From Candidatus Actinomarina sp. (GTDB taxonomy: Bacteria > Actinomycetota > Acidimicrobiia > Actinomarinales > Actinomarinaceae), in NCBI GenBank assembly GCA_045563135.1, contig JBJKUL010000001.1, forward strand, positions 14,244 to 78,243: DNA of 64,000 bases, given 5' to 3'. Shown here one piece after another: positions 37,855 through 47,119 of the stretch. Every line of letters starts with the position of its first letter. Positions within the stretch are counted from its first letter, which is position 1. A program made the position numbers and the translations under genes. The notes beneath the pieces were generated by a model. The model worked only from the letters and a program-made list of their open reading frames with translations. It did no database searches and was not told where the DNA came from.

Positions 37855-39711
37855 CTAAGATAAATGTTTTTTGTGCCAATCGATTATAAAATCAAATCTT
37901 TGTTTTCTGTGGAGAGGTTTCCCTGAACGACTAAGTTCATGTCCTTCATTGGGAAAACGAACCATTGCTGACTCAACTTTATTGCGTTTTAATGTTGAAA
38001 ATAATTGTTCTCCTTGCTCGATAGGACATCGATAATCATTTTCTGAATGAAGTATTAATGTTGGAATCTTTATGTTTTTTGCATAAGTTATAGGACTCTT
38101 TTTCCTATAAAGATTAAGATTGTTATCCATTTCATCAAGAAGATACATTTCCGGAAAACCTATCCCAATATCTGATGTTCCAACCATAGTCTCCCAGTTA
38201 ATCAATGCTCGCTCAACAATGGCAGATTTAAACATTTTGGGATGATTTCCAATGATCCAGGAAGTCATAAAACCTCCATAAGATCCACCCATGATTCCGT
38301 AATCTTTATTGGTAATCTTTAGCTCCTTTAGCATTTGCTTAAAAACTGATAAAACATCATGGACATCATTAACACCCCACTTGTTACCACATACATCTCG
38401 TAGATATTTATGACCTCTACCTGTAGACCCTCGAGGGTTGCAGGCTACAACATTAAAACCTGCTTCAGCATAAACCTGAAATTCATCAAAATAAGTAAAG
38501 CCATACTGGCTAGCTGGACCTCCATGAATATTTAATAAAGTTGGCCTATCTTTTCCAACAAAGATTCCCCAGGTGTCAACTTTTGACTTTCCCGTATCGA
38601 ATCTTTTGTAGGTAAAACTATATGAAGAGACTTTTTTATGAAAAGAGTCATTTGTTTTTGAAATCTTTTCAATACCTGATTCGGAGTATTTAAAAACCTC
38701 ATCACTTTTTGTAAAACTATTTGCTAGAAAAAATATCTCATTTTTTTGTATTGCAAAATCCGTAATTGTAATGTCCTCATCAAACAAATTCTCTAGGCCA
38801 TTATTTGTATTTTTTGCAATTAGTTGTTTTCCAGAATCTTCGTAAAGAGCATACATATTTTCTTCGGTAGTTTTAACATCTACAATAGTTTTATCGAAAA
38901 CTGTGTCAATTTCCTTAGCTCTACCTGAATCACTTAATTCATATATGTTTGTAGTTGTTGGCCAATCAAATCTGTTTTTTAATCCGATTCCATAAAGTTT
39001 TCCCTTAAAAGAGAACAGTTTCCCCCACATGCCGCCTGAGTGTATTATGTCTAGTCCTTTTGAATCTTTCTTAATAATCCTTTCCTCAAGCATTGTTCCC
39101 ATATCGTTATATACATTTGCTGTAAAATACAATTGTCCTGCATGTTCAACCACAGAACCTATAGAGATAAAATTTTCTTTATCCCCATTAATTATTTTTG
39201 ATGACTTACCTGTTTCTATATTTACTTTGTATATATGATTTCTTTTATTAAAAATAACTCCTCTAGTATCGAATTTATGAGGTATGTTTTCTAAATAGAA
39301 TGGTTCATCTTGCTTATCTTCAACTTTTTCAAAATTCTCATCCCAATCACCTACCGTAATGTATAAGAATTTACCTGATTTACTCCATATATAATTATGA
39401 ATACTTCCACTAGTTTTAAAAATTCTATCTAAAGAATTCCCTTTTTTAACGACGATTGTTTGTTTAGGTTTCTTTCCTTTTTCAACTTCTACAAATGATA
39501 AATATTTTTTATCATCAGAATATTTAGGATTAAGAAAATTTTTAGATTCAGCTCCTTTAAACTTTTTCCATTCATTATTTGAATATCTCCATATTTCTTG
39601 GATGTAGGTATTTTTCTCAAAACTCATTCTTGTCGCACTTAACATAAGATCAGAGTTGCTGATATTGATATTGCTAAGGGTTGTCAGTTTATCTAGATCT
39701 GAAGCTTTCAT
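37855..39711 (-). CDS. S9-family serine peptidase
   Basis: IHGGP, NPRGS, GGSYGG, DYRCP and EGH triad motifs. Confidence 0.93.
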   Translation of the reverse strand: MKASDLDKLTTLSNINISNSDLMLSATRMSFEKNTYIQEIWRYSNNEWKKFKGAESKNFLNPKYSDDKKYLSFVEVEKGKKPKQTIVVKKGNSLDRIFKTSGSIHNYIWSKSGKFLYITVGDWDENFEKVEDKQDEPFYLENIPHKFDTRGVIFNKRNHIYKVNIETGKSSKIINGDKENFISIGSVVEHAGQLYFTANVYNDMGTMLEERIIKKDSKGLDIIHSGGMWGKLFSFKGKLYGIGLKNRFDWPTTTNIYELSDSGRAKEIDTVFDKTIVDVKTTEENMYALYEDSGKQLIAKNTNNGLENLFDEDITITDFAIQKNEIFFLANSFTKSDEVFKYSESGIEKISKTNDSFHKKVSSYSFTYKRFDTGKSKVDTWGIFVGKDRPTLLNIHGGPASQYGFTYFDEFQVYAEAGFNVVACNPRGSTGRGHKYLRDVCGNKWGVNDVHDVLSVFKQMLKELKITNKDYGIMGGSYGGFMTSWIIGNHPKMFKSAIVERALINWETMVGTSDIGIGFPEMYLLDEMDNNLNLYRKKSPITYAKNIKIPTLILHSENDYRCPIEQGEQLFSTLKRNKVESAMVRFPNEGHELSRSGKPLHRKQRFDFIIDWHKKHLS

Positions 39712-39735
39712 GTATTCTCCTAAGTTTTTGAAATT

Positions 39736-41100
39736 TTATTTAGCAACTTTATTATATGCAATGGTTATGAGTATTGACGAGATAAGTCCAGCTAAAAAAG
39801 TATTCAAGTCAGCTAAACCATATAAATCTGTTGGTATAAAAATTCCACCCGGGTTTACAGATAGATCAACGAAAATTAATCTGTACAAATAACTCATAAT
39901 TAAAGATCCAAAAAAAGGAATAAAAATATACAAGCTTGAAGATTTATTTTTCAACTTATAAAAAACTGGAAACACCATACAAACTGCAAACAAGTCCGCA
40001 ATCAAAAATACATTAAAAATGCTCGTTACATAAAGGGAGCAAAATATAGACAAGATGATTAATCCAGCCGTTATGTATCTTGCTTCAGTTGAACCCTTCC
40101 TTACCAAATCTAGAGAGATTGTAGATGAAATAGCATTTTCTAAAGTATCAACACTAGATGTAACCAAGAGAGTACAGAGAGAAATCAAAACTAATGACAT
40201 AGGAAGATTTAAATCAAGCTGTTCAATGAAGCTTAAGCTTGGGTTTTCTAAGCCTTTTCCAGCACCAACAGAACCTGCAAATCCAAGAATAAGAATTGTT
40301 AGGAAGCAACCTAATCCTGCAAAAATCGAAGCTTTTTGCAAGCTTTTGGTATTCTCAGCTGAAAAAGATCTCTGCCAGTATCCCTGTGAAAATATCTCAG
40401 CTGCTGTTACAGCTACGATTACCGCTAAAGCAGACTTAAAACTAAAAAATTCAAATGTATCTATTCCTCCAGTTTTTGAGAAAGCCACTAGTTCACTAAA
40501 TGAGTTTTGATTTAACCAAATTGAAAACAACACGATTAAGAGAACAATCAACCCAATTCCTTGAAATTTATCAGTTACATATGAGGCTTTAAAACCGGAT
40601 TTACTTAAATATAAAAACGTAACACCGCCAATAAAGATACTGACAACTAATCCAGATACATTAGAAATTGAGGGAAATAAAAAATTAATAGAAGCAAATT
40701 CAGCTATTAAAAATGCACTCATATACAAAACCGCAACACACGATACTAGTTTTTGTGCGGGTTGACCATATCTGCTCTCAATAAACTGGGGTAATGTCGC
40801 CCCATCAGGAGTAATGCTTGCAACTTTAGGTCCTAGAAAATAAATTAAAACAAAAGGTGTTGCAGCGGATAATGCATATCCATATATGTCATAACCTAAA
40901 CCATACCAAGCTACTTCTGCAGGAGAAGTAAGAATCCACAACCCCATACCACTTGCATAGAAACTAAGGGAAAGACCTAGAACACCTTCTGTTTTATTGA
41001 GAACAAAATATTCTTTTTCCGACGATTTTATTTTTGTTGTTCTAAGAAAAATAACTAAAAGTAATGCAATTATTAAGAAATAAGCAGATAATGTGTTCAT
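39736..41100 (-). CDS. Sodium:solute symporter, ThiV-like thiamine-precursor transporter
   Basis: About 13 TMs, TL..FI..RYG, S..TD..QG and QGYWQR; lies under a TPP riboswitch. Confidence 0.8.
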   Translation of the reverse strand: MNTLSAYFLIIALLLVIFLRTTKIKSSEKEYFVLNKTEGVLGLSLSFYASGMGLWILTSPAEVAWYGLGYDIYGYALSAATPFVLIYFLGPKVASITPDGATLPQFIESRYGQPAQKLVSCVAVLYMSAFLIAEFASINFLFPSISNVSGLVVSIFIGGVTFLYLSKSGFKASYVTDKFQGIGLIVLLIVLFSIWLNQNSFSELVAFSKTGGIDTFEFFSFKSALAVIVAVTAAEIFSQGYWQRSFSAENTKSLQKASIFAGLGCFLTILILGFAGSVGAGKGLENPSLSFIEQLDLNLPMSLVLISLCTLLVTSSVDTLENAISSTISLDLVRKGSTEARYITAGLIILSIFCSLYVTSIFNVFLIADLFAVCMVFPVFYKLKNKSSSLYIFIPFFGSLIMSYLYRLIFVDLSVNPGGIFIPTDLYGLADLNTFLAGLISSILITIAYNKVAK

Positions 41101-41103
41101 ATA

Positions 41104-41208
41104 ATCCTCTATTAATTACAGGTAAAGAGGATGTTCCCTTCGTTGGAATTACCCAACAGGTTCAAACGGTCGGTTTTTACACCCTCTCAGCAATCTGCTC
41201 CCGATAAT
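41104..41208 (-). ncRNA. TPP riboswitch with SD-sequestering hairpin
   Basis: Minus strand reads GGGAG...GCTGAGAGGG...ACCGTTTGAACCTG..GGGTAAT.CC..CGAAGGGA, then CCTCT/AGAGG pairing over the RBS. Confidence 0.93.
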
Positions 41209-41265
41209 CTTATATTAACAAATTAGAGTAAAATTGTTAATATTTTTTACTATTAAGATTCTCAA

Positions 41266-42174
41266 GTGAGTAAAAACATAAAAAATCAAAAAACCCCAGT
41301 CTCAAAAATTATTGGAGCAATTTTTACAGCTGCTTTTATGTGGGGAACAGGAAATGTTATTTCTAGAAGTCTCTTAATTGAAGGAATTGATGAAATATTT
41401 TTAATAACCTTAAGGGTCACAGTTATTGGCACCCTGCTCTTTATTTATTACTCCATTTTTAATCGAGATAAGTTCGATTCGACACTTCTTAAAGAAGCCT
41501 CCATTACTGCAATGGCCTCAATATTTTTTGTAGGGTGGTTTTTTATATTCTCCCTCCAGTACATCTCTTCAGGTCTAGTAACTCTTCTAATAAGTTCAGC
41601 CCCTGTTTTTACAATTGTTTGGTTGAAAATACTTCTAAAGGAAGAAAAAATATCAAGACAAAAATATATTTCTATTTTCATAGGACTGTTGGGTGTTTCA
41701 TACCTTTTCATTTCAAAAGAGACAGGCCTTCAAGATCAAGGAAATATTTTTTTGGGAGGATCTCTAGCGTTTATGGGAGTTCAGTGTATCGCTTTAGCTA
41801 CAGTGCTAAACAGAAAGTACGCAAGAAAGTACAAAGTGAGTAGTTGGTTAACTTTTCAATACCCCATAGTTATATTATTGTCCACGGCTGCATTTTTAAT
41901 TACAGGTACAGAAGTACAATCGTTAAATACCTCGCAGATACTTAGGGTCATCATGTTAGTATTTTTCAATCTAGGAGCATTCACTTCTTTTACGTGGCTA
42001 ATTCAAAGAGTAAGCGCACTTCAGGTAGCGTCGGTTGATTATTTAGTTCCTGTAGTCGGAGTCTCAGCAGGTGTGATATTCTTAGACGAATCATTTAACT
42101 CTAATGTAATTGTTGCTGGAATTTTTATATTTATTTCACTGTTAATGAATACAAAAGAAGAATTTTCATCTTAA
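41266..42174 (+). CDS. EamA/DMT transporter
   Basis: Ten TMs, WGT, LR, P.FT and YLVPVVG...G..FLDE. Confidence 0.9.
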   Translation: MSKNIKNQKTPVSKIIGAIFTAAFMWGTGNVISRSLLIEGIDEIFLITLRVTVIGTLLFIYYSIFNRDKFDSTLLKEASITAMASIFFVGWFFIFSLQYISSGLVTLLISSAPVFTIVWLKILLKEEKISRQKYISIFIGLLGVSYLFISKETGLQDQGNIFLGGSLAFMGVQCIALATVLNRKYARKYKVSSWLTFQYPIVILLSTAAFLITGTEVQSLNTSQILRVIMLVFFNLGAFTSFTWLIQRVSALQVASVDYLVPVVGVSAGVIFLDESFNSNVIVAGIFIFISLLMNTKEEFSS

Positions 42175-42749
42175 ATTGCATTTAGTTCTTTTTTAACCTT
42201 TTTCAAATCTTGCCAGGTCAACCATTTTGGTTTCCCTACTTCTTTTGAAGGATTCCTTAACAAATAAGCAGGGTGAAAGATTGGCATGTATTTTATACCA
42301 TCTCTTTCAATCCAAGAACCTCTAATTTTTGTAATAGGATCTTTAATACCCAGGTAACCTTCAACTGCAGTTGAACCTGCAAGAATAACAATTGATGGGT
42401 TTATATGTCTAATCTGTATATTTAACCACGTAATACAGCTATCAATTTCTGTGCTACTAGGCCTCCTGTTTTCTGGTGGTCTGCATTTAACTATGTTCGT
42501 TATGTAGCAATCCTCTAACGGATCAATCTTTACAGAATCTAAGATTGCGTCTAACATTTTCCCAGCTCTACCAACAAATGGAAACCCAGTAAGATCTTCT
42601 TTCTCTCCAGGAGCTTCTCCAATTATTAATATTTTTGCAGAGGGGTTACCTTTTGCAACGACTACATTATTTCTTGTCTTAGATAATTCGCATTTGTAAC
42701 ACTTCCTGCAAGCAGAGTGTATTTCTTTAATATCTAAAAACTTATCCAT
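42171..42749 (-). CDS. Uracil-DNA glycosylase family 4
   Basis: CxxC, GEAPG, PFVG, NIVKCRPP and HPAYLLR. Confidence 0.95.
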   Translation of the reverse strand: MDKFLDIKEIHSACRKCYKCELSKTRNNVVVAKGNPSAKILIIGEAPGEKEDLTGFPFVGRAGKMLDAILDSVKIDPLEDCYITNIVKCRPPENRRPSSTEIDSCITWLNIQIRHINPSIVILAGSTAVEGYLGIKDPITKIRGSWIERDGIKYMPIFHPAYLLRNPSKEVGKPKWLTWQDLKKVKKELNAI

Positions 42750-42827
42750 TATCTAATTGTAACCAATGTAATATATCGACAACTTAAGGAAAAGAAGCAT
42801 GTTTGTATTAATTTAGTGAATCGTTTT

Positions 42828-42946
42828 AAAAATGAGAAAACCCTTGAATACTCCGCTTGGTCTGTTTCCAGACTTAACTTGCTTCAAGGGTTATCTCTAA
42901 CCCTTCTTGTAATGATCCTCTAAAAAGATTTTCTTCACAAAAAGTT
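42828..42946 (-). ncRNA. Candidate structured small RNA, family not recognised
   Basis: 14/15-bp stem 42834-42897 enclosing GTCTG-GAAA-CAGAC, a U-tract after it, an alternative GNRA hairpin, and a possible TTGATT-17-TATATT promoter. Confidence 0.55.
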
Positions 42947-42992
42947 AATTTAAATATATAAAAAATTTTAAAAAAAATCAAAAAGAAATTAA

Positions 42993-43922
42993 TTAATTTT
43001 TCCCACTCTTTTTTCTTAAAAATAATGTACTGAAACCAGCTATTGCCAGCACTCCTAACAGTGCGCTTGCAATTGTAGAAACAAAGTTGTTATTGATACT
43101 TGAAATACCATAATCTTCCAACAACAATACAATTCCATCAGTTTCCTCAAATCCAAATTCACTTGCGACAGACTCTAAACCATCTGGTGAAGAAGAAGCA
43201 TACGGTGTAATTAATGTAAGTGACAAAATTAGAAGTATGAAAACTCCATAAGATGTCGAGAGGTTGTTTGAGTTGTTTTTATTTGAATTTACATATACCA
43301 AATCTGATCTAACCCTTAGAAGCAAAGAGACAATAAGTGCTGTTATGATTCCTTCACCCAATCCTATAAACAAGTGTGTAGAAATCATAGCAACAAGAAC
43401 ACTTCCAAGAGGGACAGAGACGGTCCCACCAATTGCATATTCAAGGACGAACGCTATTGAAGAAAACACAACTGACAATAGTCCTGCAACCACAGAGCCA
43501 CTTATTAGAGAAACCCTAGTGTCTCCAAATACTTTTTTCCAAAAAGTAATACTTAACCAACCTGTTAAAGATGTAACTATTGCCATATTAAGGACGTTTA
43601 CACCCAGAGCACTAAGCCCTCCATCTGCAAAGAGAAGAGATTGAATAACAACAACTATTGATATACAGATAACACCAAGACTTGGTCCAAGTACAATTAC
43701 TGCAAGCGCTCCACCAAGTAAATGTCCACTTGTTCCAGCAGCTATAGGAAAATTTATCATTTGAAGTACAAAAATTAAAGCTGACATCATACCTGTTAAA
43801 GCTATTAATTTATCTGCAACTAAATTTTTGGCAGATCTTACATACGCCCACAATGTTCCAAGACTAATTACTCCTGAAGCTGCAGAAACTTGAGCGTTTA
43901 TAAATCCATCAGGTACATGCAT
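42993..43922 (-). CDS. Ni/Co ECF transporter S component, fused NikMN/CbiMN (PDGLE)
   Basis: MHVPDGF N-terminus, GTSGHLLGG, ADGG..ALG.N, H..IG.GE and SSPDGLE. Confidence 0.93.
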   Translation of the reverse strand: MHVPDGFINAQVSAASGVISLGTLWAYVRSAKNLVADKLIALTGMMSALIFVLQMINFPIAAGTSGHLLGGALAVIVLGPSLGVICISIVVVIQSLLFADGGLSALGVNVLNMAIVTSLTGWLSITFWKKVFGDTRVSLISGSVVAGLLSVVFSSIAFVLEYAIGGTVSVPLGSVLVAMISTHLFIGLGEGIITALIVSLLLRVRSDLVYVNSNKNNSNNLSTSYGVFILLILSLTLITPYASSSPDGLESVASEFGFEETDGIVLLLEDYGISSINNNFVSTIASALLGVLAIAGFSTLFLRKKSGKN

Positions 43923-43950
43923 AGTAATATTCTATACAAACATTTTCTTA

Positions 43951-43967
43951 TTGCAAATCCTTTGCAA
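43951..43967. promoter_or_regulatory. Nur-type (Fur family) operator
   Basis: TTGCAA-ATCCT-TTGCAA, extending to TATTGCAAA-N3-TTTGCAATA, over the -35 of nikMN; matches the Streptomyces Nur box as I recall it. Confidence 0.75.
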
Positions 43968-43982
43968 TAGTGTTTAAAGTTT

Positions 43983-44723
43983 CTAAACTAATTCTTTCTC
44001 TTTTAACCAGTTGAATATCTCACTAAGAACAAAAGGTCGGGTATCTTGATTTAAGATTTCATGTTTTGAATTTTTGACTTTAACAAATTTAACATTGCTC
44101 AGCTTAGAAATTTCTTTACATCCTGATATTGGGACAATCTTATCATCACTACCATGTAAAACAATTGTTGGGATGTCTAGTTTTGTTATGTTTTCATTTA
44201 CATATTGTTGGGCTTCTGTAATTAAATAACCAAACCTAAACGATAAGCTTCTAAACACTAAAGGATCATTGAAGTAATCTTCAACAACACTTGAGTCAGT
44301 CGATAGATTTCTTTTGTTTACCGGAGAAGGGGCTCTTAATTTTGGAGCTATTGAAGCCATTGGTCTAGATAAACTTCTAATAAATTTTGGATAGTTGTCT
44401 TCAAATAATGGCGCTGACAGTATCAAGTAATCAGGAGATACAATTTTTTTTAAGACTGCGTAAGTGGCTACCAGCCCTCCGTAGGAGTGGCCAATTAGTA
44501 CCTTTTTGTCATAATCATTGAGACCATTAAAAGCATCTAAGACCGCTTCGTCATTTTCACTCCATGTTTCAATGTGGCCCTTGCTTGACTCTTCTGAACC
44601 GTGCCCGGGTAAATCAATGAGAGTTGTTTCGATTTCTAAATTGTTGAACCAATCTGCATTAATTTTATGTCTTCCTTTATGTTCAAATAATCCATGCAGC
44701 AATAAAGCTCCTGTATTTCCCAA
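43983..44723 (-). CDS. Lysophospholipase/monoacylglycerol lipase (alpha/beta hydrolase)
   Basis: HGLFEH, DLPGHG, GHSYGG, HGSDD.IV and HEI. Confidence 0.9.
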   Translation of the reverse strand: MGNTGALLLHGLFEHKGRHKINADWFNNLEIETTLIDLPGHGSEESSKGHIETWSENDEAVLDAFNGLNDYDKKVLIGHSYGGLVATYAVLKKIVSPDYLILSAPLFEDNYPKFIRSLSRPMASIAPKLRAPSPVNKRNLSTDSSVVEDYFNDPLVFRSLSFRFGYLITEAQQYVNENITKLDIPTIVLHGSDDKIVPISGCKEISKLSNVKFVKVKNSKHEILNQDTRPFVLSEIFNWLKEKELV

Positions 44724-44753
44724 TTGAATCCTTTCTCTATAAGATTAATAATA

Positions 44754-45467
44754 ATGAATTTAGATTTTGTTAAGGTACCGTTTACAAATAACCCATCAAT
44801 GATAAGACTTGAAGGACCTGCATATAGCAAAAAACCTAACCCGGAATATATAAGATTTAAAAAAAAAGAAATAGCACTTGAAAAAGATAACCTATGTGGA
44901 GAAACTCAGTTAGCTATAAGTTTAGATTTGCGAACTAAAATAACTAACTTTCTAGAAATAAAGAAAGATACAAGCCTAATGGGGATCACCCTATCACTAG
45001 AGGAAGACTTTGCTCTTATGTATAAGGGTAATATGGAAATTGTATCTGTTTGTTTTCCTAGCGGATGGACTCCTGTTAGTAAATTAGGCGAAAATTTAAT
45101 GTCTATACATGACCCTGTTGCTGATAATGAACAGCTGCTTAAATCCAGTAAAAAACTAAGTGAATATATGTGCAAACAAAGTATAAAGAGGTGGGTATGG
45201 ACAATAACAACTTTTCCAGAATTAAGTAATTTTCCCGGTTACTCCAAACCTGAAGTGGACAAAATTGAAGATCTATTTTTTAGGTTAGAGACCCAAACCT
45301 CCGTTCCTCTTGATAGGAATACGAGCTTATTTTTTATAAAAGTTGAAGTTTTACCACTACTTGACGTATGGAATGTCAAAATTCAGGAGAGCATAAATTC
45401 AATGTCAGAAAATATTTTAAACTATAAAGATCTTCAGCAAATTAAAAAATTACTAAATAAAATATAA
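44754..45467 (+). CDS. DUF3445 (heme-dependent N-demethylase alpha-like), short form
   Basis: EDF, VCFPSGW.P..KLG...IH.PV, R..W and F.R.E.QT. Confidence 0.75.
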   Translation: MNLDFVKVPFTNNPSMIRLEGPAYSKKPNPEYIRFKKKEIALEKDNLCGETQLAISLDLRTKITNFLEIKKDTSLMGITLSLEEDFALMYKGNMEIVSVCFPSGWTPVSKLGENLMSIHDPVADNEQLLKSSKKLSEYMCKQSIKRWVWTITTFPELSNFPGYSKPEVDKIEDLFFRLETQTSVPLDRNTSLFFIKVEVLPLLDVWNVKIQESINSMSENILNYKDLQQIKKLLNKI

Positions 45468-45469
45468 AC

Positions 45470-45883
45470 ATGAAGAAAGTCTATATTGCAGGACCCTTAT
45501 TTGACGATCATGAAAGAAAGTATTTAGAAGAAATTTCGGCTATTTTAGAAAAATATTCTTATGATACATTTTTACCCCATCGTGATGCGGGTTTAGTAAA
45601 AGGTGAATTTACTCTAGAAACAAAAACAAGGATTTACGACACGGACATGGAGAACCTGAAATCTGCAGATATAGTTGTAGCCTTACTCACTGGTAGGGAC
45701 GTTGATTCAGGTACATCTGCTGAGATTGGTTATGCGTATGCTTCGAATAAAGTTCTTATAGGAATAAGTGCAAACAACATTAAAGTGTTGAACAATTTTA
45801 TATGGGGACTATTTAATTATGGAAAAAATATATTTGATGGTCTTGAGGATTTTGAAAGCTATATAGAAAATTTGAATAATTAA
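45470..45883 (+). CDS. Nucleoside 2-deoxyribosyltransferase family protein
   Basis: VYIAGPLF, FLP and DSGTSAEIGYAYA. Confidence 0.9.
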   Translation: MKKVYIAGPLFDDHERKYLEEISAILEKYSYDTFLPHRDAGLVKGEFTLETKTRIYDTDMENLKSADIVVALLTGRDVDSGTSAEIGYAYASNKVLIGISANNIKVLNNFIWGLFNYGKNIFDGLEDFESYIENLNN

Positions 45884-46311
45884 TACCTACTTAAAAAATC
45901 AGATAATTCTTTTTTAGATTCCAAGACTTTTTCGTCTGAAATCTCTTGATCACCAGCAATCGGACAGTCAGAGTTATTTCCATATAGAATATTTATTTGC
46001 TCGTAAACAAATGCTCTTGTTTCAAGATATTTTTTATATATGTCTTGATGTTTAACATTTTTATCCAGATCTTTAAAAAAAATATCTCTATCTTCTTCAA
46101 CAAGTGCATCAGATAGATTATTAATATAATCATTTAATTCAAAGCTTGTTTCAAAAAGTTGATTAGATAATGAAATATATTCCCTTTCAACTCTCTCACA
46201 AATAGAAAGCTCAGGGTCAAGAGTAGTTGTAGTAGTTTCAGGGATTTCCTCTATTGAACTTGACCCACATGAGGCAATAAATACTATTAATAGAATTTTT
46301 TTTAATCTCAT
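45880..46311 (-). CDS. Hypothetical helical lipoprotein
   Basis: Lipobox IASC, Thr-rich linker and two further Cys. Confidence 0.75.
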   Translation of the reverse strand: MRLKKILLIVFIASCGSSSIEEIPETTTTTLDPELSICERVEREYISLSNQLFETSFELNDYINNLSDALVEEDRDIFFKDLDKNVKHQDIYKKYLETRAFVYEQINILYGNNSDCPIAGDQEISDEKVLESKKELSDFLSRY

Positions 46312-46315
46312 TTTT

Positions 46316-46582
46316 TTAATTATATTTATTATTTCTTTCTGAGAAAATTAAATAAAGTATTATTCCTGTGAAAACTGTAGTTAAAGAATTTGTAACCATC
46401 AAAGGATAGTCGGTCAGATAAAGACCATAAATAAACCATGACAAAGATCCTAAAAATAGGAATAAATAAGTCAGAAGAGATAAACCCGCAGTTTCTCTAG
46501 TCCTAACTGTTTTAATAGCTTGTGGTAAAAATGAAACTGCAGTAAAAAAAGCAGCAAAGTATCCAAAAACAATTAAATTCAT
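46316..46582 (-). CDS. SemiSWEET/PQ-loop transporter
   Basis: FLPQ..KT.RT..T.GLS and W..YG; three TMs. Confidence 0.9.
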   Translation of the reverse strand: MNLIVFGYFAAFFTAVSFLPQAIKTVRTRETAGLSLLTYLFLFLGSLSWFIYGLYLTDYPLMVTNSLTTVFTGIILYLIFSERNNKYN

Positions 46583-46631
46583 CAACGTATTGTAGCCAAA
46601 TTACTTGAATTAGGTTGAGGTTATTTTAGAG

Positions 46632-46706
46632 TGGGCCTAGCTAGATTTGAACTAGCGACCTCATCCTTATCAGGGATGCGCTCTAACCAGGCTGAGCTAT
46701 AGGCCC
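46632..46706 (-). tRNA. tRNA-Ile(GAT)
   Basis: Cloverleaf; anticodon arm CATCC-CTGATAA-GGATG. Confidence 0.97.
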
Positions 46707-46795
46707 TTACGTCATATTTACAATAGTCACAATTAGAAAATATTTATAAAATTTTTTCATTTACGTCGAAATCCGAGGCATAATATTAAAAGCGA

Positions 46796-46868
46796 GGGGA
46801 TGTAGCTCAGCTGGAAGAGCACCTGCTTTGCAAGCAGGGGGTCGTGGGTTCAAGTCCCATCATCTCCA
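46796..46868 (+). tRNA. tRNA-Ala(TGC)
   Basis: Cloverleaf; CCTGC-TTTGCAA-GCAGG; G3:U70 pair. Confidence 0.97.
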
Positions 46869-46888
46869 CTACAAAACTAAAAATTATT

Positions 46889-47119
46889 ATGGAATATTTA
46901 ATAGCACTATTAATTGGATACTTAGTTTTTAGATTTTTAAGTAACTCCATTTCATCACTTGCAAGCACACCTCCAGAAATTGATCCCGAAGATGTTCTCG
47001 AAACTATGCAAGATTTTCGATGTAATATTTGTGGTACTGAATTAACTATTAAACTTTTGTCAGTAGTTGCCAATGATCCTCCAAAACACTGTAAAGAAGA
47101 AATGCAGCCTCTTAATTAA
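46889..47119 (+). CDS. Small membrane-anchored protein with CxxC...HC metal motif
   Basis: N-terminal TM followed by FRCNICGTE...PPKHCKEEM. Confidence 0.75.
   Translation: MEYLIALLIGYLVFRFLSNSISSLASTPPEIDPEDVLETMQDFRCNICGTELTIKLLSVVANDPPKHCKEEMQPLN

Noticed and set aside
42832-42900. 22-aa plus-strand ORF across the hairpin
   Set aside because: No coding features and better explained by RNA structure.
46807-47073. Minus-strand ORF and the N-terminal extension of ORF 46844
   Set aside because: They overlap tRNA-Ala; the real start is 46889.
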